Source: Octopus vulgaris | Taxonomy: Eukaryota | Assembly: GCA_951406725.2 (NCBI GenBank) | Contig: OX597828.1 | Coordinates: 15,314,001 to 15,378,000, forward strand | DNA: 64,000 nt | Direction of reading: 5' to 3' | Shown here: positions 26,703-39,900 of the stretch, one piece after another | Numbering within the stretch: the first letter of the stretch is position 1 | How the letters are laid out: every line of letters starts with the position of its first letter | Translations under genes and position numbers: made by a program | The notes under the pieces: generated by a model | Told to the model about the DNA's origin: nothing | Seen by the model: only the letters and a program-made list of their open reading frames with translations | The model's database searches: none

Positions 26703-27664
26703 TTAGGACCTCTCCATAGATCTGTTCTGTAAAAATGTAAATGATCTTTTCCTCCATAAAAACAAATATATATTTACTTATGTACTTCAACCTATATTTG
26801 ATTAAGGTGTGTTGTATTTATAAAGGTCTATAGGAAACGGGTGGACTGAATATTTGTTTGTTTAGTTTTAACTACTTATGTGATCCATCTCGATATTAAT
26901 GGTTTTGATCAAACATTTATTTAATTACGAGGATATACTTGTATAACCTTTGATCAATTATAAATTACCTATTATATATAGGGGTACATGGATATGATAT
27001 TGGATAACCTTAGATTAATATTGATTAATTATCTTATATCAGTAAATGGATGTATAAATGAATAGATAGGTATTAATGCAGAATTAAAATATGAATAGTT
27101 GCATAATTGAGTAACATTAAAATTGTATATCAATCTCTAAAATATCCACAATAATAAACATAAACTAGAAGATAATATATGGTCAGATACAGAATATGAA
27201 TATAATGACATTATTTGTTGAATTAATGTGCTTGCATCTTTCATAGGCATCTGTCTATATATTATGTTATACTATATTATATATGTGATATACAATATAT
27301 TATATTATATTACACTATATTATATTATACTATATTTTATGTGGTATTTTCCATCTACTATGTATTGTGAATAGCAGAATGCACATATTCCAATATTGGT
27401 ATTATTTATAATAATAATAATAATATTAATGGTTTTGGTAATGTAATGTAATGAACTTTGGACTTTGTATATGTACCCATTGATGTGGATGTATATGTAT
27501 ACTCCAGTATATATATTTGATTATCTGTAACCTTATGTGTATGTATATTATTATATATATACTTATATATATGTATATACACTTATATATATATACTCTT
27601 GTGTATGTGTATTTTGTTTCATATTTATATTTGCATTTGTATATTTTTATACTTGTACATTGTA

Positions 27665-27786
27665 ATCTCTGATGAGGCCTTGAGATATATAAGTAACTCA
27701 TTTTTAACTGCATATTACCTCAATACATCTGACTAATATAGGCACAATGAAATACCTTTATCTACAGGCTGAAACAGCTGTAAGAT
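27665..27786 (+). ncRNA. Minimal type I hammerhead ribozyme (Penelope-type) with intact catalytic core
   Basis: ATCT-CTGATGA-GGCCT(tgAGATA)...(TATCTac)AGGCT-GAAA-CAGCTG-TA-AGAT. All core nucleotides and stems I, II and III are present, with a GUA site. Confidence 0.75.
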
Positions 27787-27957
27787 CAATTTTATGTGTA
27801 TTATTTTTATGGTATTATCTTACTTACTGATGTATATTGTTTTATTCTGTTGGATTTGGATGTTCCTATTTAAGTAGTTAATAAATAATATGAATTGGTA
27901 ATATCTGTAAGTCGATGATTGAAAGGAATCTGTTCTTCCATTTTCTTATTTGTATTT

Positions 27958-27983
27958 TATATATATATATATATATATACATA

Positions 27984-28059
<76 letters not shown>

Positions 28060-28235
28060 CACATATATATACATATACACATATATACATATATGTATAT
28101 ACACATATATATACATATATATATACACATATATATACATACATATATACATATGTGTGTGTGTATATATATATATGTATATACATATATATATATGTAT
28201 GTATATATGTATATATACACATATATATACATACA

Positions 28236-28275
<40 letters not shown>

Positions 28276-28391
28276 CATATATATATATACATATATATAT
28301 ATACATACCTATATATATACATACATATATATATACACACACACACATATATATATATACACGTATATATATATATATACACGTATATATA

Positions 28392-28422
<31 letters not shown>

Positions 28423-28433
28423 ACATATATATA
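27958..28433. repeat. Complex (TA)n/(TACA)n microsatellite
   Basis: About 470 bp of TA/CA repeats. It is the source of several spurious ORFs. Confidence 0.95.
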
Positions 28434-29941
28434 CTCGAAACACGCATTGAGTCGAACTAGGGACAGCTGATGAAGGGGAATTTTCCTTGTATTGTTTGTC
28501 CTGTACTCTGTTTTTTCGTTGTTTAAAAAAAGTCCGTTTCCTTGTTTGATTTTATGTTTTCGTCTCTCGTTGTGTTCTACGTTTATTTTTGGTGTCCTGT
28601 ACTCATATATATATATATATATATATGCATGTATATATACATGTAGATGTAAGTATGTGCATATATGTATGTATATATGCGTATATTTTATTTATTTATT
28701 ATATTATTATATGACCGAACGCACGCGTTATTTCTCTTCTCCAAGTAAGTTTTTATTCATATATATATATACATACATATATACACATATATATATATAC
28801 ATACATATATATATATACATACATATATATATATATATATACATACATATATATATACATATATATATATTGATAGAAATGGCAAGACAACAAAAGGAAA
28901 TGAACTGTTAAACAAAGGGAAATTACTATGTGATTGACCATTCCATCTAATGGAACTCTATTCAGAAGGCTGTAATAAAGAATACATAAAACAAGGTGGC
29001 AACTTTAAATGTTTTTAATGCCAGCCACACGTTTATATACACAAGCTGAATGATAAATGGAAGTGGTTGATGGACATTTATTCATATATCTAGATGCATC
29101 TGCGTGGGTTATATGTTTGCTGTTAACTCCGGTTAGGACAATCACGAACAGCGGTACGTTAGAATCTGTGCACTGTTGTCAGTGCTGTGATGTGATTGAT
29201 GATGTTGGTGAGAGACAAGATGGAGGTTGCTGTAATGTGGTCAGTGGTTAGACCTCAGAAGGTCTAGAACCAACAGACCTCGAAACTAGGAGGAGGTGAG
29301 TTTTTATAGTTGACGGTAGGCTCAAATGTAGTTTAGAACAGACTGTCTCACATGATTTATTTGGAGGCTGCAATTGGTTGGGTTGCATATTGGCATGCGA
29401 TAGAGTAAGAGACAGTTTGCGCCAATACCAACCAATCAGAGTGGTAGACACAACGGGGTCCAAAACAGCGCCAAATGTTAGCTGTTACCTGCTATGTTTG
29501 CATGTATGTATATATAATAGAGAGAGGAAGTTCACTAGAGTTTGCCTTATATAAATATATATATATAATCAGAAAATGGAGAAATCCTGATTAACAAACA
29601 CTTCGATTGGACCACATTTATATCTTACTTTTTAATACAAAACATGACATAAGAATAGGTGACGTAACATATCTTACGGCTGTTTCCGATCCCTTGCCAA
29701 AATGCTGTCTATAAATAAATGCGAGAATAAAGTTCTTCATCTTCATAGGACATTCGAAGGCACAGAGCTTTATCAGATTAAAAAAAAAAAGACCATGCAA
29801 CATAAACAAAGAGAAGAAAGAAAAGGGAAGAAAACATGGCCTAGAACAAAAGTCTAGAAGCCCAATATGTTAAAAGCACATAATCTACTATATAGGGGCT
29901 ACGTGATCCGTAGGTAAAAGCTGACAGTATATTTCAAGACG

Positions 29942-30450
29942 AAGGCGGCAAGCTGGCAGAAATGCTTAGCGGTATTTCATCTGCTGCTACGTTCTGAGTT
30001 CAAATTCCGCCGAGGTCGACTTTGCCTTTCATCCTTTCGGGGTTGATATAATCGACTTAATCCGTTTGTCTGTCCCCTCTGTGTGTAGCCCCTTGTGGGC
30101 AGTAAAGAAATAAGAAACGTTAACACGCCGAGCGTAATGCTTAGCGGTATTTCGTCTGTCTTTACCTTCTAAGTTCAAATTCCGCCGAGGTCGACTTTGC
30201 CTTTCATCCTTTCGGGGACGATAAATTAAGTACCAGTTACGCACTGGGGTCGATGTAATCGACTTAATACCTATGTCTGTCCCCTTGTGGGTAATAAAGA
30301 AATAGGTATTTCGTCTGTCTTTATCTTCTAAGTTCAAATTTCGCCGAGGTCGACTTTGCCTTTCATCCTTTCCAGTTGCATACTGGAGTCGATCTAATCG
30401 ACTGCCCCCACCCACCAGAAATTTCGGGCCTTGTGTTTAGTGTAGAAAAG
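29942..30450 (+). mobile_element. Tandem multimer of family B SINE
   Basis: Three GTTCAAATT.CGCCGAGGTCGACTTTGCCTTTCATCC units. Confidence 0.85.
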
Positions 30451-31316
30451 AGTATGTTTCAAGATATAACTAAACAGCTCCGCTGTGTTCGTCGCATTTA
30501 ATCCTATTGGTTTTCTGTTCCTTCTTTTATCTACATACACTCGTATATTGGAACTTAAATAGCTTTATCCATGAACGGTACCAACTCCGTTAAATGTGTG
30601 TGTGTGTATATATACACACGCACACATACATATAATGATGGAGTGGGTAATTAAAGAAGGAGCATTTGTTAGTTTAACAAAAGCAATAAATTCTGTAATG
30701 TAAGCACATGGCAGAATGAGTCTGGAATCATTAAATATTTCGCTTGATAATTTAGATGTAAATACAACTACACCTCTCATTCCCGTTTCCCTTAAAGTCA
30801 GTATTGTCTAATCTTTAAGCACCATATCGTTGATAATTCACAATATCTTTATTACAGGAACAACAAAACAGAACCAAGAATGCGCCGTGAATGGAAATGT
30901 CCCAGAAAACGATATTGCATTTGTACTGTTTAACACATACGGTGAGTTAAATAGAGAATCCCGAAAAATGATCAACGTGAAGAGTAACTCGTAAAACATT
31001 ATTTTTATATGTGTTTACAGCTTCTGGAGCCAGATAGCCCGCAGTGCTCGTCTTTCAGTTATCAACCAACATATGTTGATGCGGTGCCAAAAGTGATCTC
31101 ATACGGGTAGGAATGTCGGGAGATAACTCGAAACTCAGGAACAAACTCAAATTGTAAGGGAGACAACTGGATATATTCCTGTTACTTCTCATTAAGATCC
31201 ACAGAATATATCAAAACATTGTCATCAGCTCTCCGTTCACTGGCTGAGGAGTGCTCTATATAAGTAATTGGATTGCTAGAAATAACAGCCAAATTGCCTT
31301 CAAGCTATATACGATT

Positions 31317-31729
31317 GGGATTTTTTCGGTTTGAACGGCAGTTTTTTCTAGCGGTGTCATATGAAATTGTCACCCATAATTATGACCGTAGTATCGATCT
31401 ATTGCATATCAATCAGTTTTAGGGTTAGGGGTGGGGGGAAGGGTACCTTTTTTTCTTCACAAATGTAAATAAACCTAATCTGTTTCTTAAACAAGGGACA
31501 TATTCATACGGCACAGAATGTTTTTTTCTTTCTTTGCCTCAATGGACGTCACTGATTGGTTGAAATTGCAGAAAAAAAACAACAAATATCTTACAAACTA
31601 TGGAATTTTCTCAATAAAGCCAAGAGAAAAAGATGCTTTATAAACCCATTCTACCAGTATACGAAGTTTAAAATTTTTTAGTTACCTAGAAATTATGTTA
31701 AAAACTGCCGTTCAAACCGAAAAGATCCC
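31317..31729. mobile_element. MITE with about 29-bp TIRs and 3-bp TSD (PIF/Harbinger-like)
   Basis: GGGATTTTTTCGGTTTGAACGGCAGTTTTT / AAAAACTGCCGTTCAAACCGAAAAGATCCC, flanked by ATT. An inverted copy lies at 52589-53012. Confidence 0.8.
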
Positions 31730-31886
31730 ATTGTCTTAGATAATGCAGGACATATTAAATATCCTATGCACCGATATCTTTTACTTGTCTCACTCATTAA
31801 ATCGCAGTACTTATTCTATCGGCCTTTTTTGTTGAACCACTAGTTTATGTTGAAGCAAACAAACCAAGACACACACACATATATAT

Positions 31887-32806
31887 TGATACGAGTAGGT
31901 CAATCCGTGAACAGCTGCTTTGACCTACTTTGTTGGAGTGTAGTCTGGAAGTCTACAATCTAAAGTTATTGTCCTTTGTTCTGTCAGATTCACGAAAGAG
32001 TGATGGCTTTTGGAAAGACCCCTACCCTTTTCCCGGTCAGGGAAGGGTCAAGGAAACTACCCTATAAAAAAGCAGAAGCTGTGAGTCTGTTAGACAGTCC
32101 GGCCGGAGAAATTGAGTTGGTAACAAGGCAGATGGGATTACGGGAAGACAGACAGATGGTATTACAGAACTAGGAGAGAGAGTGACAGTGACAGTGTTGA
32201 GAACGACAGGCAGACAGTGAGAGGATGAGAGGTTGAGAAAGACATACACAGAGGGCTGAGAGCGAAGGAGGGATTTCGGCGGATAGAAGGCACGGCTATT
32301 ATAGTAGGAATTGAAACGGTATGTGTTGTTGAGTTGTGTTGAAATGTAAAAGAATTGATATGTGAATTAAGTAAAAGACTTGTTGATGTGTTATAAAGAA
32401 CAGTGCTAAAGAGATTATAAAGACTTTGAACTGTAACGTGAATTGTTGTGATTTGAACATTGTATAATGTATTGAACTGTAACGTATCGTGAACATTATT
32501 TGATCTGAACTTATTTGTCTATGAACATTGTATATTGTATCCGCATGTTTAAATGCTTTGATCGGTTGTATACCTGATGTAATCTTAATTTATTTGATTT
32601 GTTGTAATAATTGTTATAAACCGTTGTTAAATGTAGCCAATTGCCTTCCGCCGTCTCTTCCTACTGTTGTTGTTGTTTGGTATCTCCGGTCGCCGGTTTC
32701 GCTGTTGCCATTCTTCCCCGCCGAATTCCCTGTTCAATCGTCGTTGCTCGACCTGGTAGGGTCCCGGATTTCCCCGAAGAGTTTGAGCGACGGCAGGTTC
32801 GTAACA
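31887..32806 (+). mobile_element. Solo LTR (gypsy-like)
   Basis: TGATACGA...TCGTAACA inverted termini (TG..CA), a 4-bp TSD ATAT on both sides, and an internal TATAAAA at ~32063. Confidence 0.8.
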
Positions 32807-34334
32807 ATATGTATAAATATTTTAAAACTGGCTCTCACGAGGGTTTCATCCCATCTGATTCCCGGAACAGCGTGCTCCTTATACCACATGGTTTCAGGTT
32901 CAGTCCCACTGTGTGGTACCTTGGCTAAGTGTCTTCTATAGCCACAATAATTTTAAAATTACAGCATAAGATAGTATTTTTCTGAGGGTGTTAAGTTTAA
33001 AGACACATTTTGAAGAAAAATTCTCTTCATAAACTGGTTACATGGTTCAAATCACCATAATTCTGAATAAAATCATTTCAAATTCTCTTTTACACGTTTC
33101 AGTCATTTGACCGCGGTCATGCTGAAGCACTGCCTGAAGTCGAACAAATCGATGCCAGGACTTATTCTATTGGTCTCTTTTGCCAAACCGCTAGGTTTCG
33201 AGGATATAAACATACCAACATTGGTTGCTAAGCTATGGTAGGGGACAAATACAGACATAATATATATATATATATATATACACGACAGGCTGGACATATT
33301 CTATTGGTCTCTTTTGCCGAACCGCTAAGTTTTGAGGATATAACCACACCAATATTGGTTACCAAGCTATGGTGGGGGGACAAACACAGACATAAATATA
33401 TATATATACAAACAAGCTTCTTTCAGTTTCCGTCTACAAAATCCTCTCAAGGCTTTGGTCAGCTCGAGGCTAGAGTAGAAAACACTTGCTCAAGGTGCCA
33501 CGCCTGATTGTTAATATTACACACACCATAAAGTAGTGAGCTGGCGCAATCACTTGCATGCCGGGCAAAATGCCTAGCAGCATTTCGTCTACCTCTATGT
33601 TCTGAGTTCACATTCCGCTGAGGCTAATTTTGCCTTTCATCCTTTCAGGGTCAATAAAATCAGTACCAGCCGAGCACTGGGGTCAATGTTATCAACTTAC
33701 CCCTCCCCATAATTACTGGCCTTGTACCAAAACTTGAAACAAATATTACACACACCATCATCCTTATTGTTTTAACGGCCACTTTTCCATGCTTGCATGA
33801 GTTGGATGGAATTTGTCAATGCAGATTTTCTATGGTCAGCTACTCTTCCTGTCACCAAACCTCAACTATTCCTCAGCAAGGTTAATCTTTCCCCTGACCA
33901 GACATGTTTTCATAGAAGATTCGCAACAAAGGACACTGCTTGTATGGTGGAGACATTCGTTTACAACACTCAGGTGATGTTAAGGCAAAGAGACCAATAC
34001 ACACACACACATACCAACCCACACCTGTTTCTAAGGAAGGCCATTTCCCTTTCTTATTTTAAACACAGGCAATACAATGACCAGATATATCACTGAAGAT
34101 TACAAATGATCGACATCACTTGTATGTTTACAAGTAGTGCACTATAGCAAGACAAGGAGAGTCAAATTCACATATATACAATGAATTTCTTTCAGTTTCT
34201 GTCTCCCATATCCACTCACAAGGCCTTGGTCAGCAAGGGGTAGAGAAGACACTTGCCCAAGGTACCACTGAGTAGGACTGGACCTGAAACCATGTGATGA
34301 CAAAACAAACTTCTTAACCACAGCCATCAATTTC

Positions 34335-34990
34335 ATCATCATTTAGCGTCCGCTTTCCATGCTAGCATGGGTTGGACGGTTCTACTGGGGTCTGTGAAGC
34401 CAGAAGGCTTCATCAGGCCCAGTCAAATCTGGCAGTGTTTCTACGGCTGGATGCCCTTCCTAACGCCAACCACTCCGTGAGTGTAGTGGGTGCTTTTTAC
34501 GTGCCACCTGCACAGGTGCCAGACAGAGCTGGCAAATGGCCACGAACGGATGGTGCTTTTTATGTGCCACCGGCACGAGGGCCAGGCGAGGCTGGCAACG
34601 GAATTCTTGTGAATTTTTTATGGCAGTCTCTGCTAAGGGGGCTCACACGACACGAACCCGCCTAACAGAGTGGTAATGCAGAATTACCAAGTAGAACTTG
34701 GAAGACATGGGCTGAAGTGGTGAGAAAGGATTTACAGACGTTGGGCCTCACAGAGGAGAGACTGAGACTTCTGGTGGTTTACTGTGCTTAGGGAGACACG
34801 TCAAGCTAAGTAAAATTGTGACTGTCCATGCCTCACAGCTGACGGATCCTAGTCTTGCAGGTTCACGGGTGCTAGTGCCATGTAAAAGCACCTGGTACAT
34901 TCTTTAGGGTGGTTGGCATTAGGAAGGGCAACCACCAAAGAAATCATGCCAAAACAGACAAATGCAGCTCTCACTGACCCTGTCAACATG
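34335..34990. mobile_element. RTE LINE 3' fragments (minus-strand tail followed by plus-strand ORF end/UTR)
   Basis: TTTCCATGCTAGCATGGG tail, then KTWAEVVRKDL coding remnant at ~34702. Confidence 0.65.
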
Positions 34991-35005
34991 TAGAGCACAC
35001 CTTAA

Positions 35006-35215
35006 CCCTTTCATTACTAACCCGGCTCTAGCTCTGAGTACAAATGTCTTGTTTTCATGTTTTGAATTAAAATCTTCCACCAAACCTTTTAGTCACAATT
35101 TATGTTCCTATCACTAGCTTAATGATAACTAAGTTATTTTACTAAATTCTTTGTTATATTTAAAATAATTGAAAGAAACACAGAGCATCTCAAAATAAAT
35201 ACAGTAACGAAAGGG
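35006..35215. mobile_element. piggyBac-like MITE
   Basis: TTAA|CCCTTTC...GAAAGGG|TTAA. Confidence 0.85.
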
Positions 35216-35936
35216 TTAAAAGATGACGACAATGTGCTAGGTGTTGAGAGAATGAAATATAATGGTGGAAATGCACTATCTAGGTATTCTCTCACGGTAC
35301 AAGATGGACTAGGAGAGAATAAAGATGGCTAGGAAACACGACAGCTGGTAGAGATGAGGACAGAAGTGAATGAAAATGGAGGTGCTGACAATGGTAAATA
35401 TCAGTTTGGAGGAATGTAAGGAAAATAAGAATAGCATGATAGGTAGGGATGTATCCTAACTGGAAAACTGGTCCCAATTCCTTATAACAGAATGGATTCT
35501 GATAAAAACACCCAAGAATCAGTTTGTGTATTAAGTCTATCAGTGCCCAATTCTTTATAGTGTTTAGAGATTGGCAGGAAGAAAAGTATCCTGAAACTGA
35601 TGATTTGATGTTACTGCTTGCAGAAAAGTGAACTTCTCTGAAGGTACCCAAAGGGCAGATTTAACCTAGTATTCAAGTAGACAAGGGTGGAACTGAAGAA
35701 TCTGCCAGTTTACAGCCCTAGACTGGCACTTTATCAAAGGTAAAATTGAACTTATACTGCAAAATATTTCATCTGATGCTTTTGCCAAATGAAGACCTAT
35801 GTGGTGAGCAAACCTGCTTGAACTAACAGGAAAACTTCACCAGGGAAGACAGCCCTAGTTATATCTAAGAGCAAAGGTTTCAAATCAGATGGAAAATCCA
35901 AACAAACATTTGCATATCATGGTATTCTTAGTTTAA

Positions 35937-36151
35937 CCCTTTTGATACCAACCCTGCTGAAACTGCCTCTGTAGTAGAAATGTCTTGTTTTCAAAAGTTC
36001 TGAATTAATGTCTTTCACCAAACCTTAGTCACAATTTATGTTCCTAACACTAGTTTAATGACAACTAAGTTATTTTACTAAATTCTTTGTTATATTTAAA
36101 TTAACTGAAAGAAACACAGAGTAGCTCAAAATAAATACGGCAACGAAAGGG
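35937..36151. mobile_element. piggyBac-like MITE
   Basis: TTAA|CCCTTT...AAAGGG|TTAA. Confidence 0.85.
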
Positions 36152-38769
36152 TTAAAAATTCAATCAATGGATGTGTGAAGTGAGAAATTGTAGAGTTTAC
36201 AATCATCCTATATGTGATTCTAGTCATATTCTAGGGTGCAATTTGCAACCATCATTAGCTTTATACTTGCTTCTTTGAAGATGATCATGGGTTTTACAAG
36301 AGTTATTGAGGTAATATTTTACAACTGATGTCTTTCCCATTAACCCTTACCTGTATTTCAAAATATACCTTATTGTATTTGTTGAAATTCATCGCTTCAA
36401 TTAGTTTTGAAAATAATGCAAAAAGTTACTAAAATTTGTTGTTAGCTTTAATTTGAAACAGTAAACTCTAAGCAAGGCATTTGGGTTGGCAACAAAAAGA
36501 TTAACATACTAGCTTAAAATGACTTAAGGAAAAAGAAAAATTTCAGTAAATTCTATTTAGTTTTGATAAATTTCTAGTCACTCTTTCTGTAAATAACGTC
36601 CCAACTCAGTTTAGGATAGTTGCTTATTCTGTGACACAATCTATATTTGTTTTAAATTAAAACCTTCCATCAAATTATTTTATATACCAAACACCAGCCA
36701 CAACAAAAAAGATATATTACTCAAGACAGTTTTTCGGATCTTTGACCAACAGATTTAAAAAATAATATTTTGTAATTAAACACTTTCAAACTTCGTATAC
36801 TTGTAGAATGTGTCACATAAAACATCTTTTACTCTTATCGTTGTGGAGAAAATTCTGCATTATGGAGGTTATTTCTTGTCATATTTCAGCCAATCAATGA
36901 CATGTATTCAGCAGAATAAAATTACTGCCGTTGTTTGTCACTGTTATTTATGACATCGTTTGTGCGTTTATACTGGTTTTAGCTCTAAGGTGTTATGATT
37001 TTAGGGTTAGAGTTACAGAAAAAAATGAAAAACGAAGCACAAACAATTATGGTGGTACCATGAAGTAAACATGCTTCAGATACATTCATTTATTCACACA
37101 AACATAACTGAGATGAAATATGCCATAAATAACTGTGACAAACAGCAGTAATTTTATTCAGCTGAATACACGTTATTGATTGGTTGAAATTACTAAAATA
37201 CGACAACTTTAACAAGAAATAACTTCCAAAAGACAGAATTTTCTCAACAATGCCAAGAGCAAAAGATGTTTTATATGACATATTCTACCAGTATCTGAAG
37301 TTTGAAAGTGTTTAGTTACAAAAATTTTTTTTAATGTCAGTGAAAAGGTTAAGATCCAGTTTTTCTTTATTTTCGAAAATTTTTGTAACCACCTTGATGT
37401 TGAGATGAAATATTCAATTTTATCACAGCATTCTGAAGAGGTATCTCCTGGAAATGGGGACTGACTATTTACTCTGCCAAGAATATACTGATAAATGGTT
37501 AGTGCAGTAACATGCTGCAATGGTGTATGCCCCCACATGACCTACCAGTATGACAACTGATTCCTAATAGTTTCCATCTGCATAGCACAACTTTACCAAT
37601 GTAAATGACAAACAAAATTTTAACCAAGACGAAACTCTGCTCTTCATCCAGTTACTACCCACACATACCATCACTTCAACATCTACTTCCCATGGAAGCA
37701 GAATTGTTATGGCTGAATGCTTTGACACCAACCCAGACCTGTTTCCAAGCATGTCAATTATCTTCCAATCTGACAACTCAGTTATGTGGAGAACTGGAAA
37801 CAAATAACATTATTTGAATGAGCTTTCTGCCCACACAGGTTTCACGCATCAAGCCCGGAGATGTCTTTGCAGTGGACTGCAAGCCAAGGACACCATCAAT
37901 ATGAACAGTGAGGTGAAAACTAGATATAATTTGTATATGAAATGATCAAGAAGCTAGCTGCTTGGTGTTCAAAGAGACACAACTACTGCAAATCTGCTCT
38001 TAGTTAACAGATATTCAAATGGTATGCTGGAAATAAAGCCTGCTTAGAAACACAGCACCAGAATCCACTTTCACCCTTACATGTTGAGGGGGGGGGAGTT
38101 TGTTTGTAACTGTGTGGTTTTCCGGTTGAGCACCCCTGCATGGTACCTTGGGCAATTGCCTTCTATAGCCCAGGAGCTGACTAGAAGCATTGTGAGTGAA
38201 TTTGGTACACAGAAATTGTGGAGAAACCTTTAGTATATTTTCTCCCTCACCACAGCTTGGCAACCAATGTGGTTTGTTTACATTCCCGTTACTTGGTAGT
38301 TTGGCAAGAGAAGGCATTAAAATAAGTACCAGATTGAAAGAGAGGAGGGGGTGGAAAGAGGCTATCTTTGACCAAACAGCTCAAGATAGTGCCCCACCAT
38401 GGTCGTGGTCCAATGACGGAAACAAGAAACAAAGAATATTGCCAAGTGCCAAAAGGAACGAAGCTTCATTCGTCAAAGAGCAGAAGTAACTGACTTGCAC
38501 CAACAAATAGCTAAATATAAAATGTGTACATTGGAATAACTTATTTTGTAACCAGGAAGATAAGTTTTGGATACGGTCTTTTGTAAAGAGAGAAATAAAA
38601 GCCCGCTCAAGATGTTAGACTCCTCTTCCTCACTGCAAAATACTGTTTTTCACTCCGCAAACCTGTTTGTTTTTACTTCATACAAAACTAGAATATTTAT
38701 TTGTATGTAATCTCTTGAAAATTAAAACAAGACAAATGGAAATATATTTGAGAATAATTTTTATTTTGT

Positions 38770-38775
38770 TTATTC
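38770..38775 (-). CDS. RPL12: 60S ribosomal protein L12 (uL11), final coding exon (E-stop)
   Basis: Polypyrimidine tract TTCTCTTTTTTTTTATTGCAG|GAA TAA, with AATAAA downstream. This completes a 498-nt CDS (165 aa). Confidence 0.8.
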   Translation of the reverse strand, partial: E

Positions 38776-39808
38776 CTGCAATAAAAAAAAAGAGAAAATT
38801 GAATTAGTATCATTTTAGGAAAGGATATTAAATTAAGACATTCCAATATATAGAAAAATTTAAATATTTCAATATGTGCTTTAAGAACAGAACCTGTAAA
38901 ATAGATTAAAAGCACCCCGCCCTCCATCAAGATTTGCTATCTCTTTCAAATAAGATGAATCAATCAGTGAGTGATTAAGGATACAGGATTTGCTCACAGA
39001 AGTTAAAGAAACTATAGTAATTAGCACTTGTCATCTAGATTAGTAGAAAGCAGTCTCACCTCATTAAACTTAATTATTGCCAGACAGTTAAACTCACCAA
39101 ACTACAATGGGGTTGCAGGGTATAATTTATCTAACTAAAATGCCCTCTAAGTAGCCATTTGTCTTGAACTCATTTCAAATATAGATGCATGATATTACAT
39201 CAGAAATATAGTCACAGAAAGAATCAACATAAGCTTGAAAACGTTCCTTCTTTTTTTTTATATTTTCTTCAAACACTAAATGTTCATTATAGAATTCTGG
39301 CTCATTAGCTAATACAGCACACTGTTCACAGATGATTCAGGGACTGCTAAGCCAAAATACTAGACTATCCACCACAGTTATTAGATTAGGAACAAACCCT
39401 GAGACGCATAAGGATAGAGCCTAACTCAGTTACCATGGCATATGACTGACAGTACAACACTCCCTGCTACCCTGAATGAATACTGGTTCATTGCCAATTA
39501 GCTTTCCATTATTACTGAAACTTGTTTAAAGCTGAGAGGACTGGCACAAGATGAAATGTGGTTTGCTCAAAAAACACAAATGCACCACCTAGTCTGGGAA
39601 TAGAAATCACAATTTTATGATCTCAAGTGAAACACCATAACTGCTTGGCCACGTGCCTTTGCTAATATAATAGCAGCTGTGTGGTAATTTGACAGGGTTC
39701 CATTATATTGCCAAACTCAGCCCGGAGCCATTCAACTAGAATTCTCAAAGGAACCTAGTTCTGCCATTCTTATAACTCTAGAAACAAATTTTGTAATTTA
39801 AAACTTAC

Positions 39809-39900
39809 AGCTGGCACATCGTATTCTCCATTGTTAATCATTTCAATGACGTCATGTGGATGGCTTCCGTCAACTGTGCAACCAACTGATTGAGCAGTTC
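39809..39900 (-). CDS. RPL12: 60S ribosomal protein L12, exon 5
   Basis: (G)[30 protein letters not shown], with AG/GTAAGT boundaries. Confidence 0.95.

Noticed and set aside
27878-28470. Six long Y/I/H/T-rich ORFs, and similar ORFs elsewhere
   Set aside because: Translations of (TA)n/(CA)n microsatellites, not genes.
29671-29780. Minus-strand CTGATAA...GAAACAGCCGTAAGAT hammerhead-like relic
   Set aside because: G8 is mutated and stems I and II do not pair convincingly. At best a decayed relative of the 27665 motif.
31418-31432. TTAGGG telomere-like repeats (also at 37001 and 52893)
   Set aside because: Only about two units, internal to a MITE family, so not an interstitial telomere.
37605-37817. 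Short ORF in non-repetitive-looking DNA
   Set aside because: No recognisable domain, stops in the flanks and no clear splice support.
38625-38640. Alternative RPL12 terminal acceptor TTTTGCAG|TGA
   Set aside because: The proximal acceptor at 38775 has a stronger pyrimidine tract and gives the canonical 165-aa length.
39275-39420. Two-hairpin candidate H/ACA snoRNA in the last RPL12 intron (vertebrate RPL12 hosts one)
   Set aside because: No canonical ANANNA H box between the hairpins. It cannot be supported without a covariance search.
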